DNA of 64,000 bases. It comes from Octopus vulgaris. Its lineage: Eukaryota. The notes beneath the pieces are model-generated. The model saw only the letters and a list, made by a program, of their open reading frames with translations, made no database searches and was not told the origin of the DNA. The stretch spans positions 54,064,001 through 54,128,000 of the forward strand of contig OX597816.1 of NCBI GenBank assembly GCA_951406725.2, read 5' to 3'. Shown in pieces: positions 1-11,639 of the stretch (position 1 is the first letter of the stretch; every line of letters begins with the position of its first letter). Made by a program: the position numbers and the translations under genes.

Positions 1-321
1 ACTTCTCTTAAGCACACAGCCATGCCAGGACCTATATTTGAAGAAAGAAAAGATTAGTGACCCAAAGCATTTGGTCTCTCAAGCTTTTGGTATTCTATTT
101 TTAGGTAATTTGATTTCAACCCTTCCAAGTTTGACTTTCTTGTTTGGTGTTCGGCACCCATTCAAACCACATTTTCCTGATAATGTACTTTTGTCTGATA
201 ATGTAGTTTTTTTTAATCTCAATCTGCAGACATTACTATATTTTCACCCTACCATGTCCTCTGCATCCCTCTTTCAGCTGAGATATTCTAGTCTTGCAGA
301 CCCCTGTGTTGGTATCACATG

Positions 322-520
322 AAAGTGCCCATGCTGGTGACACATAAAAAGCTGCTAGTTCACTCTGTAAAGGGGTTGGTGTTAGGAAGGGCATCCAGCC
401 ATAGAAACCATGTCAGAATAGACAAATGAAGCCCTGGCAGCTCTCCAGTCTTGGCAGCTCTCCTGTCAAACTGTTTAACTCATGCCAGCATGGAGAACGG
501 ACGTTAAATGATGATGATGT
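322..520 (+). mobile_element. SINE-like family C, core GGTTGGCGTTAGGAAGGGCATCCAGC with (GAT)n tail
   Basis: The same core and tail recur at 2690-2850(-), 4850-5350, 6010-6325, 7085-7680, 8209-8320, 9590-9765, 13020-13350 and 31530-31720. The core resembles the Meta domain of MetaSINEs (from memory). Confidence 0.8.
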
Positions 521-571
521 GCCCATTAGAGCAGATATCATTGCCTCAGTAATTATATTTTCTATTTACAG

Positions 572-615
572 ATAATAAAATTCGCCGAAGAAGCCAGTAC
601 GATCTTCATCACCAT
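572..615 (+). CDS. CCNY: Cyclin Y internal micro-exon, (D)NKIRRRSQYDLHHH
   Basis: Acceptor tttacAG at 570-571, donor GTaac at 616. 44 nt, starts phase 1 and ends phase 0, matching the next exon. Positionally equivalent to the short basic VREKRKSLFINH segment of vertebrate cyclin Y. Confidence 0.7.
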
Positions 616-1694
616 GTAACTATATATGTTTTCTACATTGATCTAACAATAGTCAGTTTGTAGTACATTAGCTGGAGGTAATAGTGTGCACTAACATCGC
701 CTTTAAACTTATTTATTTCTCTATAATTAAAACTAATTGCTAGCCAAACTTGTCTTATTATTTCACTCATAATAGTTCTTCATTGCAATTTTAACTTTTT
801 AAATTTTGATCCAGAGTTTCCTTTGTTCTGGTTCTGAAAGAAAAATAAATTTAGAATTGTTTGAAAGGAGTCATTCATACTTAAAGGGTTAACATTTTTG
901 ATACCTACCTGCCTGGGATGACTCGTGATAACTTCCTGTTTTAAAGAGCTCTGAATTAAAAGCTTCCATCAAATAAAGACGATGTTCTTTTTAGTAAATT
1001 TTTCATTATTTTAAAAATTTATTTATACAAAAGGTAGTTTATAGAAATATGGTAATGTGGGTTTGACAGAATTAATTTTAAACTAGGATTCAAAATCTTT
1101 GAGAATTTGTCTAAACATTAAAAGGTTAAACTGAAATTAGTTTTTTGTGTTTCACATATCTTTTTTCTGTGTCATTTGGTTTCATTAAAATATTTAATGT
1201 GGTGTATCCTTGTAATATGCTGGGGCCTGACTCACACTCCCTCCCTCCCTCTTTCTATTAAGTCTGCCTCCCCAAAAGAAATTATTAAACATCTACAGTC
1301 AATCATACATAACTTTCCTCTAAATGTATTTCTGACACTCGAGGTATTGTTTACATTTTGTAAATATCTGATTATCAACCGCCCCCACCAATAGCAAATC
1401 TACTCACTTCTCTATCTATCTGCCCACTGTCCTATCTACAATATATACAGGGGAAGAATTCACAAAAGAAAACAAACAAAAGATGAAGACAGGTGGTGTA
1501 GACAACAAAGAGATGTATTAGCTCGGGAAGTGAAAAACGTTTCGAGCCTAATTTCAAACAGTTGGAGTCAGTCTCTTGTGAGTTAAAGTAGGCTTCTTAC
1601 AAAAACCTCTCTTGTTATTAGGCTCAGTTAACGGAATGGAGAGATGCAGGAAGTCCAAGATGGCTGTCTGTAATATATATATATATGTACTGAC

Positions 1695-2222
1695 ATTCCG
1701 TCGGTTTCAATGACGAGGGTTCCAGTCGATCCAATTAACAGAACAGCCTGTTTGTGAAATTAATGTACAAGTGGCTGAGTAGTCCACAGACACATGTACC
1801 TATTTCTTTACTACCCACAAGGGGCTAAACACAGAGAGAGGACAAACAAGGACAGACAAATGGATTAATTTGATTACATCGACCCCAGTGCGTAACTGGT
1901 ACTTAATTTATCGACCCCGAAAGGATGAAAAGCAAAGTCGACCTTGGCGGAATTTGAACTCAGAACGTAACGGCAGACGAAATACTGCTAAGCATTTCGC
2001 CTGGCGTGCTAACGCTTCTGCCAGCTCGCTGCACATGTACCCTTAATGTAATTCTCAGGGAAATACAGTGTGACAAGGCCAATGCTTTGAAATATAGGTA
2101 CTACTCATTTTTGCCAGCTGAGTGGAACATGAAAGAAAGTGTCTTGCTCAAGGACACATCACTGGGACTTGAACTCATGATCTTATGACCATGAACTGAA
2201 TTCCATAACCGCCAAGACATGT
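1695..2222 (-). mobile_element. Old tRNA/CORE-like SINE interrupted by a Nin-type SINE (1801-2031)
   Basis: TSD CACATGTACC at 1791-1800 and 2032-2041. The host has a GTGTCCTTGAGCAAGACACT CORE/V-like box and a tail shared with the SINE at 9153-9518. Confidence 0.8.
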
Positions 2223-2689
2223 GTAAATATATTACAAAATGTAAAGCAATCAATTGTAAAAGTGTCAAGCAAAACCTGGTCACTGTTCTGCTTCTTTATG
2301 TTGTGCATTCCTACCAACTTCATCTTTGGTTGTTCACTCTTCTGGGCCAATATTAAAAAACAAAACAAAACAAAAAACAAAAGGCCAGTCAAGTACGAAT
2401 GGCGAATGTATTGACTACAAATCAGGAAGAGGAGCTCTTGAAACTGCTCTCGGTTATCTTATATTGGCATTTTTAAAATTGACTCCGGTGTCAAGCTGTC
2501 ACTAATGTGAAGAGAAGGGTCCTAAGATATAGCAACTGTTGATCTTATAATCTCGTGTAGCCCTGTGCCCTGTAGAGGCCACACCGGTGTCATCTCATCA
2601 CACTCTTGTCAGTACACAATAAGTGCAGAACCCTGATGTCTGCAGATGCTTGAATAACGAAACAAAAAAAAACCCGTTTCCTCTAATGA

Positions 2690-2850
2690 TGTTTCATCAT
2701 CATCATCATCATCGTTTAACGTCCGCTTTCCATGCTAGCATGGGTTGGACGGTTCAACTGGGGTCTGGGAAACCCAAAGGCTGCACCAGGCCAGTCAGAT
2801 CTGGCAGTGTTTTTACAGCTGGATGCCCTTCCTAATGCCAACCACTCCGA
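2690..2850 (-). mobile_element. Family C SINE-like copy, antisense to CCNY
   Basis: (CAT)n followed by the reverse complement of the family C core and tail. Confidence 0.85.
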
Positions 2851-2936
2851 GAGATGTTTGTATTAATTAAAATCAATATGTGAATATTAATTACCTTTTA
2901 ACATTGATATTATATTGGGATCTTCTAATTTTTTAG

Positions 2937-3146
2937 AATTCAGAGTATGGTCAGTTGAAGAAGTTCAGTTCCTGTTCTACAATTTTCATTGATGATTCAA
3001 CTGTCAGCCAGCCGCATCTGAAGAACACAATCAAGGCGGTGGCATTGGCCATTTATTTTCACATTAAGAATCGTGATCGCAGTGGCCAAGGCAACAATGG
3101 AGCTCGCTACTTAGATATCTTCGACGAGAAATTACATCCTTTGTCT
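2937..3146 (+). CDS. CCNY: Cyclin Y exon, [46 protein letters not shown]...[12 protein letters not shown]
   Basis: ttttAG acceptor 2935-2936, GTgagt donor 3147. 210 nt. Near-identical to the cyclin [16 protein letters not shown] and LDIFDE.LHPLS motifs. Confidence 0.96.
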
Positions 3147-3336
3147 GTGAGTGACAGTTACTACTTCTTTCCCATTTTGGATGAAATGCTGCTGTTCTTT
3201 GAATGTTTTTGGTCTCCACATCAATGTTTTCATATTTCCAAACCATTGTTTCTACATAATATTTCTTTCCTTTCTCTGATAAAAAAAATAAAATTCCCAT
3301 TTCTGTTTTTGGGTGCATGAAAAGTTTTAACAAATA

Positions 3337-4489
3337 CAGGGTGTTTGGTCTAAATTTGATGGGTTTTTTTTTAATGTCTCCTTTTTTCAGGAACAACTTG
3401 ATATATTGGTGAACTGTCTTTGGTGTTGGAGAGCATAAAGATTAAAGTTGTAGTTAAGAAAAAGTTAGCTGCCATAGAAGACTAGTAGCCATCTGGACAT
3501 TGGAAAAGAGTTACCTGTATCTTGATGATTTATGCTGGGTATTAAAATATTGCTGCTCAATGCTGTGTGAACACTGTAAAGGCTGTAAGATGTGACATGG
3601 ATGGCTACTACAAAGATGCTACAGAGACTACAAAGCTGTGGTCAGCAGGAAGGAAAACAAGACATTCTGACTACATCCACATGCCAGAATTCATCCAACA
3701 AACTGATGAACCGAATTCAGGCCCAATTCAGATGATTACATGAAGCTGCTGGAGACTGTGGTCAAATCCTGGCTGGAGAGGATTGCTGCTGGAAGGCCAT
3801 ATATGTGACAGCAGGATTCAGCTCCTTGCCATGCTTCTGGAAAGTAAGAAGTGGTTGTTGGAGAATTTGTATGACTACACCAGCTCCAATGCCTGACCTC
3901 CTAATTCCTCCGATTGTAATTCCATGGATTACTATGTGTGGGTGCAGTTGAGAAAGACACAAACCACAACATGCCTACAACATGAAAGCTGAGCTGGTGA
4001 CCAAGATCAAGGAGCTTTTTGAAGACCGTCCCAAGGACACAGTGAGGAATGCATGTGAGAGGTTCTGGGGCTGTTTTGATGCTGTGGTGGAATCTTAGAG
4101 CAGCTTCTTTGAATAAACTGTTATCTCCCAGCCAAAATCTAATTGATATTTTTTGATTTTCTTTTTAAATACTTTAATTTTTGGATGGGATATTGTGTTT
4201 TCTGTTGTGTCTGGGGAGAGTCATTTTCTTTTTGTGTCTTATAATGTAACACACTCACCGGTAAAATTTCCACTTATTTCTTATTTTTATTTTCCTAAAA
4301 TTTTCGTTGCGTCTTGCAACCTTTTCAATTGTCTTGGCTCTCAGAAAGAAAATGACTCTCCCCAGACACAACAGAATATGCTTCAACACACGAACTCATA
4401 TAAAGAATCTTGCAAACCAAATCCCAAAACGAAATATTGTGTTTTCTTTTCCTTTTACACAAATTGTCAAATTTAGCCCAAATACCCTG
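3337..4489 (+). mobile_element. Decayed DD37D (maT-type) IS630-Tc1-mariner element
   Basis: TIRs CAGGGTGTTTGGTCTAAATTTGA / TCAAATTTAGCCCAAATACCCTG flanked by TA. Pseudo-translation QQDSAPCH...*PPNSSDCNSMDYYVW gives 37 residues between D and D after one frameshift. Confidence 0.85.
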
Positions 4490-4612
4490 TAATTTGTCAT
4501 TCAAGTGACTGTCCCATTTTTGCTTTCTAGTTTTCAGCTAAATATATTTTAAGCTGATCCCCAAACCATATTATTTTGCATAATTTTTTCTTTTTCTTTT
4601 TGTTTTCAACAG

Positions 4613-4732
4613 AAAGAAGCTGTTCCCTCTGATTATGACAAAAGAGACCCAGAACACAAGACAATTTATCGGTTTGTGCGGACCCTGTTTACCGCTGCCC
4701 AGTTGACTGCTGAATGTGCTATAGTTACTTTG
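4613..4732 (+). CDS. CCNY: Cyclin Y exon, [40 protein letters not shown] (start of cyclin box)
   Basis: Long polypyrimidine tract plus AG 4611-4612, GTaagt donor 4733. 120 nt, phase 0/0. Diagnostic [22 protein letters not shown]. Confidence 0.97.
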
Positions 4733-4849
4733 GTAAGTGGGGCTGTCATTCTACTTCACTGTTGCCCTGATCAAGTAGAACTCTTTAGTGTGTAGGGGTG
4801 TGATTGAGAAGACCCAGTAACTAAAGTGAGATCGCAGCAACGCATGTCC

Positions 4850-5350
4850 GTCCCTGTTAAGAATACCCCTGATGTGTTGGGCGATACGATATGCTTGAGA
4901 AGACCTGTTCAGTCAAGTAAAACCAATATTGTAGCTGTGGCCAGTTCTCCTGACTGGCTCCCATGCCAGTGGCATGTAAAGAGCACCAACTGTACGTGGT
5001 CGATGCCAGGTCCGCCTGACTGGCTCTTGTGCCGGTGGCACACAAAAAATGCACCATCTGAACGTGGCTGATGCTACTACTCCCTGACTGGCCCCTGTGC
5101 TGTTGGCATGTTAAAAGCACTATCCGAACGTGATCGATGCCAGGCCTGCCTGACCGGCTCCTGTGCTGGTGGCACATAAAAATCACCCACTACACTCTTG
5201 GAGTGGTTGGCGTTAGGAAGGGCATCCAGCTGTAGAAACATAGCCAGATCAGATTGGAGCCTGGTACAGCCGCTGGTTCTCCAGACCTCAGTCAAACCAT
5301 TGAACCCATGCAATCAGTCGCGGATGTTAAACGATGATGATGATGATGAT
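4850..5350 (+). mobile_element. Family C SINE-like copy with 4 internal ~65-bp units
   Basis: Repeated GATGCCAG..CCTGACTGGCTCC.GTGCCGGTGGCAC.TAAAAAGCACC units precede the core. Confidence 0.85.
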
Positions 5351-6009
5351 CAATAGACCTGTAGGGTATGTAGATGGTGAGTTGAATAAGTTGGTACATA
5401 TCTGTAGGGTATATTAGCAGGTGGATAAATCACTTGATACTGTCAAGAGATCTGTTGTTTCAGACATAGCTTTTCTTTTTTGAGGACCATACAGTAACAG
5501 GAAACTTGCTGTTATTGTTGTGGTTGAGTGTAACAGTCTGGGTAGATTGCTTTTACTTTGTGATAAACGTTGTTAGGGTTGCAGTAGGGGTGCAATAAGG
5601 GTTGCAGTAACTGCTTTAAATGTCTTACATTTATCTTTGGGATGATGATGATGTTTAGGGATTTTGAGATTTTGAATTTCTTTTTCTGGAATTTGATGAA
5701 AGGAAGGGATGGAAGTTGGTAGCTTAGAGAGAAATGACGAGTAAAACAGTTAGGAGACATGCATATAAATTTCACTGTTGCATTTGCAGATTGGGGTTGT
5801 GTAAGGTGTGAAGATGGCTCTAGCGTTTCGAGTCAATAGACTTATACACTGCAAGGAATTGGCACACTGGTGTATATATATGAAAGAGTGAGAGTGTCAT
5901 GTAATTTCTGTTTTGTCTGTTGAGCACAGTCGTGTTTGCTTCTTCTATATGTTGTCTGTGATTGACAAATCTATTGTATGCTATACATCAATACACTGAT
6001 TTTCTGACG

Positions 6010-6277
6010 ATCGTGGCCGTTGCCAGCCTGGCCTGGCCTCCATGCTGGTGGCACGTAAAAAACACCATCCGAGTGTGGCTGTTCGCCAGCCTCATCTGGC
6101 ACCTGTGTTGGTGGCGCGTAAAAAAGCACCCACTACACTCACAGAGTGGTTGGTGTTAGGAAGGGCTTCCAGCTGTAGAAACACTGCCAGATCTGACTGG
6201 CCTGGTGCAGCCTTCGGGCTTCCCAGACCCCAGTTGAACCGTCCAACCCATGCTAGCATGGAAAGCAGACGTTAAAC

Positions 6278-6325
<48 letters not shown>
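6010..6325 (+). mobile_element. Family C SINE-like copy, 2 internal units, long (GAT)n tail
   Basis: Core plus tail; ends about 45 nt before the acceptor at 6370. Confidence 0.85.
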
Positions 6326-6370
6326 AGGAAAGATGTTATGATTCTGATGATGATGATCTGTGTTTTGTAG

Positions 6371-6537
6371 GTTTATCTTGAGAGACTTTTGACATATGCT
6401 GAGATGGATATCAGTCCCTCCAACTGGAAGAGAATTGTTTTGGGTGCTATATTATTGGCTTCCAAAGTCTGGGATGACCAAGCTGTATGGAATGTGGATT
6501 ACTGCCAAATATTGAAAGATATTCAAGTGGAAGAAAT
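6371..6537 (+). CDS. CCNY: Cyclin Y exon, [55 protein letters not shown](M)
   Basis: tttgtAG acceptor 6369-6370, GTaagt donor 6538. 167 nt, phase 0/2. Cyclin-box [14 protein letters not shown] motif. Confidence 0.98.
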
Positions 6538-7084
6538 GTAAGTCCCCTCAACTCTTGTGCTCTTCTGGAATTTCATTTTAATCACTGTCAGCCTGTTTGC
6601 TTTATAGTTTGAAGTGCCGCAGTTTTTGTTTTTGTTTTTGTTTAAATTGATTGTTGTTTTCGGTCGAATGAAACTGGACAGGGTTTGCATGTTTAGGGAT
6701 GTCTTCATCTTTCTTGAAATAACCATGATATTTTGAGATATTGAACAGGATTACTTTGCTGAATTTCTTTTGGAAAATATGCTGGACCTGGTGTGGCAAT
6801 AAGAGGAAGAGATGTGGGTGAACTGGATCTGGGATCTTATTGAATGCGGTCAGTGTTAACTGAAGGAAGGTTAATGATAAAGAGGATAAAGTTGGTTTAA
6901 TCGATCTTTGGAAATTGTCAAAGGTTCATGAGGTGGGCGAGTCTATTTTTGAAACTCAAAAGGAGATGGATACTGTTAGTTACCAGCTGCAAATGGGCAA
7001 GTCTAATACAGAAACTGAAAGGAAGTGAATGAGTCTATTTTAGATGCTGGAATCTGCAATAAGTTATTGTATAACATAACCAGC

Positions 7085-7680
7085 CCATTTAAGAGTACCC
7101 TTCAATCATTGGGCAATAAACTGTGCTTGAGAAGACCTCTTGAGTCAAGTGAGATCATTGTTGTGGCCGATGCCAGTACTGCCTGACTGGCACCCATGCC
7201 GGTGGCACATAAGAAACACCATTCAAGCATGGTTGATGCCAGTCCCACCAGACTGGCTCCTATGCCATTGGCACATAAAATGCACCATATGAACATGGTC
7301 GATGCCACTTGATTGGGCTCGTGTCAGTAGCATGTAAAAAGTACCATTCAGGCGTGGTCGATGCCAGTGCCACTTGACTGGTCCTGCGCCGGTGGCATGT
7401 AAAAAGCACATTCAAGTGTGGTTGTTGCCAGTGCCACCTTACTGGCCCCATGCTGGTGGCATGTAAAAAGCCCCATTCAACTGGCCCTTGTGCTGGTGGC
7501 ACATAAAATGCACCCACTACACTCTCAGAGTGGTTGGCGTTAGGAAGGGCATCCAGCTGTAGAAACCTTGCCAGATCAAATTTGAACCTGGTGCAGCCTT
7601 CTGGTTTGCCAGTCCTCAGTCAAACCGTCCAACCCATGCCAGCATGGAAAGCAGACATTAAACGATGATGATGATGATGA
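7085..7680 (+). mobile_element. Family C SINE-like copy, ~6 internal units
   Basis: Same architecture as 4850-5350. Confidence 0.85.
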
Positions 7681-8867
7681 TTCTATTTACTCTCATCCAG
7701 TTTTACTATAAATATACAAGTCCTGGATTATCTACATAAAATGATCAAAGAGCTAATGAAAATATTTGGTAATACACTGGTTTCCTAGTAAACCCTTTTA
7801 AGATTTCATATGTCTTAGGTTTATAACGCAACTGGTTCAGTTAAACGTCCCAGTAATGCACTTCTCTATAAATGAGTGGAAAAAATCTTGGGAGGCTGTT
7901 AAAGAAGAAGCTGTTCTGAAAGACTTTGGCATCTAGGCCATAATTTAGATGACCTTGAAGAATGACCTTCATTATGAAGAAGATTCTGAGAGTAGCAAAG
8001 ACTTTCTAGAAACCAAAGATATCAAATCTTTGGTCTTTGAAGAATGCACCACTAATGAAAAGTGAATTATGAATATTTTTATGAGTTTCCTTCTATTATG
8101 GTAATTTTGCTTTGCAAACCATGAAGCTTAATGATTTTCTTTCTATTAGATATTTTATATAACTTTATTCTTTCATTTGCCTGTTTTTGTTTTTTCTACA
8201 ATTACTAATTGGCGTTAGGAAGGGCATCCAGCCGTAGAAACACTGCCAGATCAGACTGGGCCTGGTGCAGCTTTCTGGCTTCCCAGACCCCAGTTGAACT
8301 GTCCAACCCATGCTGATGATGACTATGTGGTGGGGACATTATTCCTATTAAGAATAGCTAAAATATTTCGTATATTTAGCTTTTAATATTCTAGGATTTA
8401 AGTTTTTTTGCAAGAAATTTTCCCCTCAAAGAGTGCTCATTATATGTGCATGTTTGTTATACTCCATGAAATATGGTAATTATTATGACTTGGCTGGTTC
8501 CGAGTTGTTAGGAATGGTAAATGAAATGGTAACTGTTAATAGTAGAGGGGAATGAAATGGATATCTGAAGGAAGAGGTTAATAGTACATGTTCATGATGA
8601 TAACACCCACCTAAACATCCATGTTCCAGGTTGCAAATATACCTTTTGACAAACCTGTCCAACCCTACATAAAATTGTCCGTCGTGATTGATTGAATGGT
8701 AATACTTCCGTTATCAACAATATCTCACTGTATCAAGAAGTGACCCAATATTAAATGTTTATATTTAATGGGAAATTGTGTTTTATGGTTAGACATATTT
8801 TTATCGTTCTCTCTCTCACACACACACACTGCTTATATTTATCAATTTCTGGTCTATTTCTATTAAG

Positions 8868-9030
8868 GAATGAACTGGAAAGATTGTTTCTAGAAATGCT
8901 GCAGTTCAACATAAATGTACCATCAAGTGTGTATGCCAAGTATTATTTTGACCTCCGAGCCCTGGCTGATGCGCATGACCTTTCTTTCCCTTTGGAAGCA
9001 CTAAGTAAAGAACGAGCCCTCAAGTTAGAG
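8868..9030 (+). CDS. CCNY: Cyclin Y exon, (M)[54 protein letters not shown]
   Basis: ttaAG acceptor 8866-8867, GTaact donor 9031. 163 nt, phase 2/0, completing the ATG split from the previous exon. Confidence 0.97.
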
Positions 9031-9152
9031 GTAACTTACTGTTTTTTTCTTCTTCATTTTTTTACCATGATTTAGAGTTGTACACATGTCTAAGACATCT
9101 TAAATATTCAACAATAGTTTCTTGCCTGTCTTTGATGATGATGTATACAGCT

Positions 9153-9518
9153 GAGCCAGTGGTTAGGGCAGCGGACTCGCGGTCATAGGATCGCGGTTTC
9201 GATTCCCAGACCGGGCGTTGTGAGTGTTTATTGAGCGAAAACACCTAAAAGCTCCACGAGGCTCCGGCAGGGATGGTGGTGATCCCTGCTGTACTCTTTC
9301 ACCACAACTTTCTCTCACTCTTACTTCCTGTTTCTGTTGTACCTTTATTTCAAAGGGCCGGCCTTGTCACTCTCCGTGTCACGCTGAATATCCCCGAGAA
9401 CTACGTTAAGGGTACACGTGTCTGTGGAGTGCTCAGGCACTTACACGTTAATTTCACGAGCAGGCTGTTCCGTTGATTCGGAGCAACCGGAACCCTCGTC
9501 GTCGTAACCGACGGAGTG
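9153..9518 (+). mobile_element. tRNA-derived SINE family D
   Basis: A-box-like CAGTGGTTAGGG and B-box-like GGTTTCGATTCCC. A second copy with the same head starts at ~21398. Confidence 0.8.
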
Positions 9519-10039
9519 TTTCCATACAGCTGAGATTTATTATGAAAAAAACAAAACAAGAGATTTTGTGGTGTGCATGTTTCTTCTGAATGACCCAGTA
9601 CACAATGTAAAGTGGTTGGCATTAAGAAGGGTATCTAGCCATAGAAGCCATGCCAAAGTAGACAATGGAACCTGGTGTGGCTTCTGGTCTTGCCTGTTCC
9701 ACTCAAATTTCCAACCCATACCAGCTTGAAAAAAACAGGTGTTAAATGATGATGATGGTGATGAGTAACTTTGATACTATTGATGAGACGTAGAGGCTGC
9801 TTAACTAATTCAATTGATAAAATTCCGGGTAATGAATTGTGCTGAAGTTTTATGAAGGATTTAGAATTAAAGAAGAGGTTTGATTTGACAGATACTGCTT
9901 TATAGGATTTTGGTTGAACTTGGATAAGGGGAGAATAGAAAAGATGATGAATGGTAATTTAACAGGTCAAAGGTTGAGAAAGAAGTGGAGTGATATTTGA
10001 TCTCAATGAAATAATGTGGAATTGAAGGAGGAGGTTGGG

Positions 10040-10470
10040 TGCAGGTGTGGCTGAGTGGATAAGAAGTTTGCTTCACAGCTATATGGTTTTGGATTCAGTC
10101 CCGCTGTGGCACCTTGGGTTAGTTTCTTCTACTATTGCTCCAGGTTTACCAAAGCTTTGTGAGTGGATTTGCTAGATAGAAACTGAAAGAAGCCTGTTAT
10201 ATAAAGTATATGTGTGTGTACACATGTGTGTCTGTGTGTCTTGACATCATGTGATGGGTTGTAAATGACTGCCCCTGTCATACTAGCAGTGTCATTCATT
10301 TCTTCCAATATTCTTTTGAAATGTGCCTGGCTGTTGGGGCAGAAATTATTACCTTACTTGGAAACAAGTGAGGGTTGGTGACACAAAAGACGTACAGCCA
10401 TAGAACGTCTGCTTCAGTAAACTGCATCCGATTTGTGCAAACATGGAAAAGTGGACGTGAAAATGATGAA
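10040..10470 (+). mobile_element. Family A-head SINE with an alternative tail
   Basis: tRNA-like head and GGCACCTTGGG CORE-like box, then a tail ending GGAAAAGTGGACGTGAAAATGATGA. Confidence 0.7.
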
Positions 10471-10775
10471 TACTACTAAGAAGTTAAAAAATTCTAGTTT
10501 AGAATCTGTTGTTGTTGTTGTTGTAATGGAGACAACTAATTAGTCATGGACAACCAGAGAGGACATCTGGAGATTTATGTTGTGTTTTGTGTGACAAAAG
10601 TTTGTTGAAATTAGCAAGTGTTATCACACTTATCCGGCACTCCATTGCCTATATTCTGGTTATGGTTTAGTAGAGTTATCTCGCTTAACTTTCATAACCA
10701 ACCTGTCATCATTAAATTGATAAACGTTTCACCAGTAGATTAGTTAATCAGTTAATCTCCTCCCTCTACCATACC

Positions 10776-10998
10776 TATTTCTTTACTACCCACAAGGGGC
10801 TAAACAGAGAGGACAAACAAGGACAGGCAAACGGATTAAGTCGATTATATCGACCCTAGTGCGTAACTGGTACTTATTTAATCGACCCCGAAAGGATGAA
10901 AGGCAAAGTCGACCTCGGCGGAATTTGAACTCACAACATAGCCGCAGACGAAATATTACCAAGCATTTTGCCCGGCGTGCTAACGTTTCTGCCAGCTC
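10776..10998 (-). mobile_element. Nin-domain tRNA SINE (family B)
   Basis: Reverse complement of GCCTTTCATCCTTTCGGGGTCGAT..AAGTACCAG (Nin/Deu-like domain) with a GAGTTCAAATTCC B box. Flanking repeat CTCCCTCTAC. Confidence 0.85.
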
Positions 10999-11330
10999 CC
11001 TCTACAAACCGACTTCTGCTAGTTGCTCTCTTGTCACATCCACACCCTTCATCACTTGTAACCATAACCCTCCAGGCTCCACACGACTATGTCCAATCAT
11101 TTCCCTCCTGTCCATTGACCTTTTGAATTCCCTCCTGTTTTGTCTTTTTTCTTGCCATCATCAGTTTGCAGTGTTAATGACATCCCATTGATGCCCCTCC
11201 CACTTACTATCAAAGTAATACAAAGTAATACAAAGTAATACAACAGAATTACTCAGGGACACACTCTTACTGGAAAGTAAAGAGTAAAGTCAGTGCTAAT
11301 AATGTAGTGAAAAGCATAGAAGTTTACTTA

Positions 11331-11563
11331 CTTATTTCTTTATTGCCCACAAGGGGCTAAACATAGAGGGGACAAACAAGGACAGACAAACAGATTAAGT
11401 TGATTACATTGGCCCCAGTGCGTAACTGGTACTTAATTTATCGACCCCGAAAGGATGAAAGGCAAAGTTGACCTAGGCGAAATTTGAACTCAGAACGTAA
11501 CGGCAGATGAAATACTGCTGAACATTTCGCCCGGTGTGCTAATGTTTCTGCCAGCTCGCCGCC
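11331..11563 (-). mobile_element. Nin-domain tRNA SINE (family B)
   Basis: Full-length copy with flanking repeat TAGAAGT(T/C)TACTTAC. Confidence 0.85.
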
Positions 11564-11639
11564 TGGCACTAGAAGTCTACTTACTGTCATGCTGGTGAGG
11601 AAACAGTAATGAAATAATCAATTTTGGTCAAGACAATTT

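Noticed and set aside
3147-3320. C-terminal extension of ORF 2955..3320 (and N-terminal part of ORF 8755..9075)
   Set aside because: Read-through into introns; cyclin Y similarity stops exactly at the GT/AG splice sites.
6538-8867. Possible U12-type intron (AAG acceptor)
   Set aside because: The donor is GTAAGT, the U2 consensus, not GTATCCTT, and no TCCTTAAC branch site is seen.
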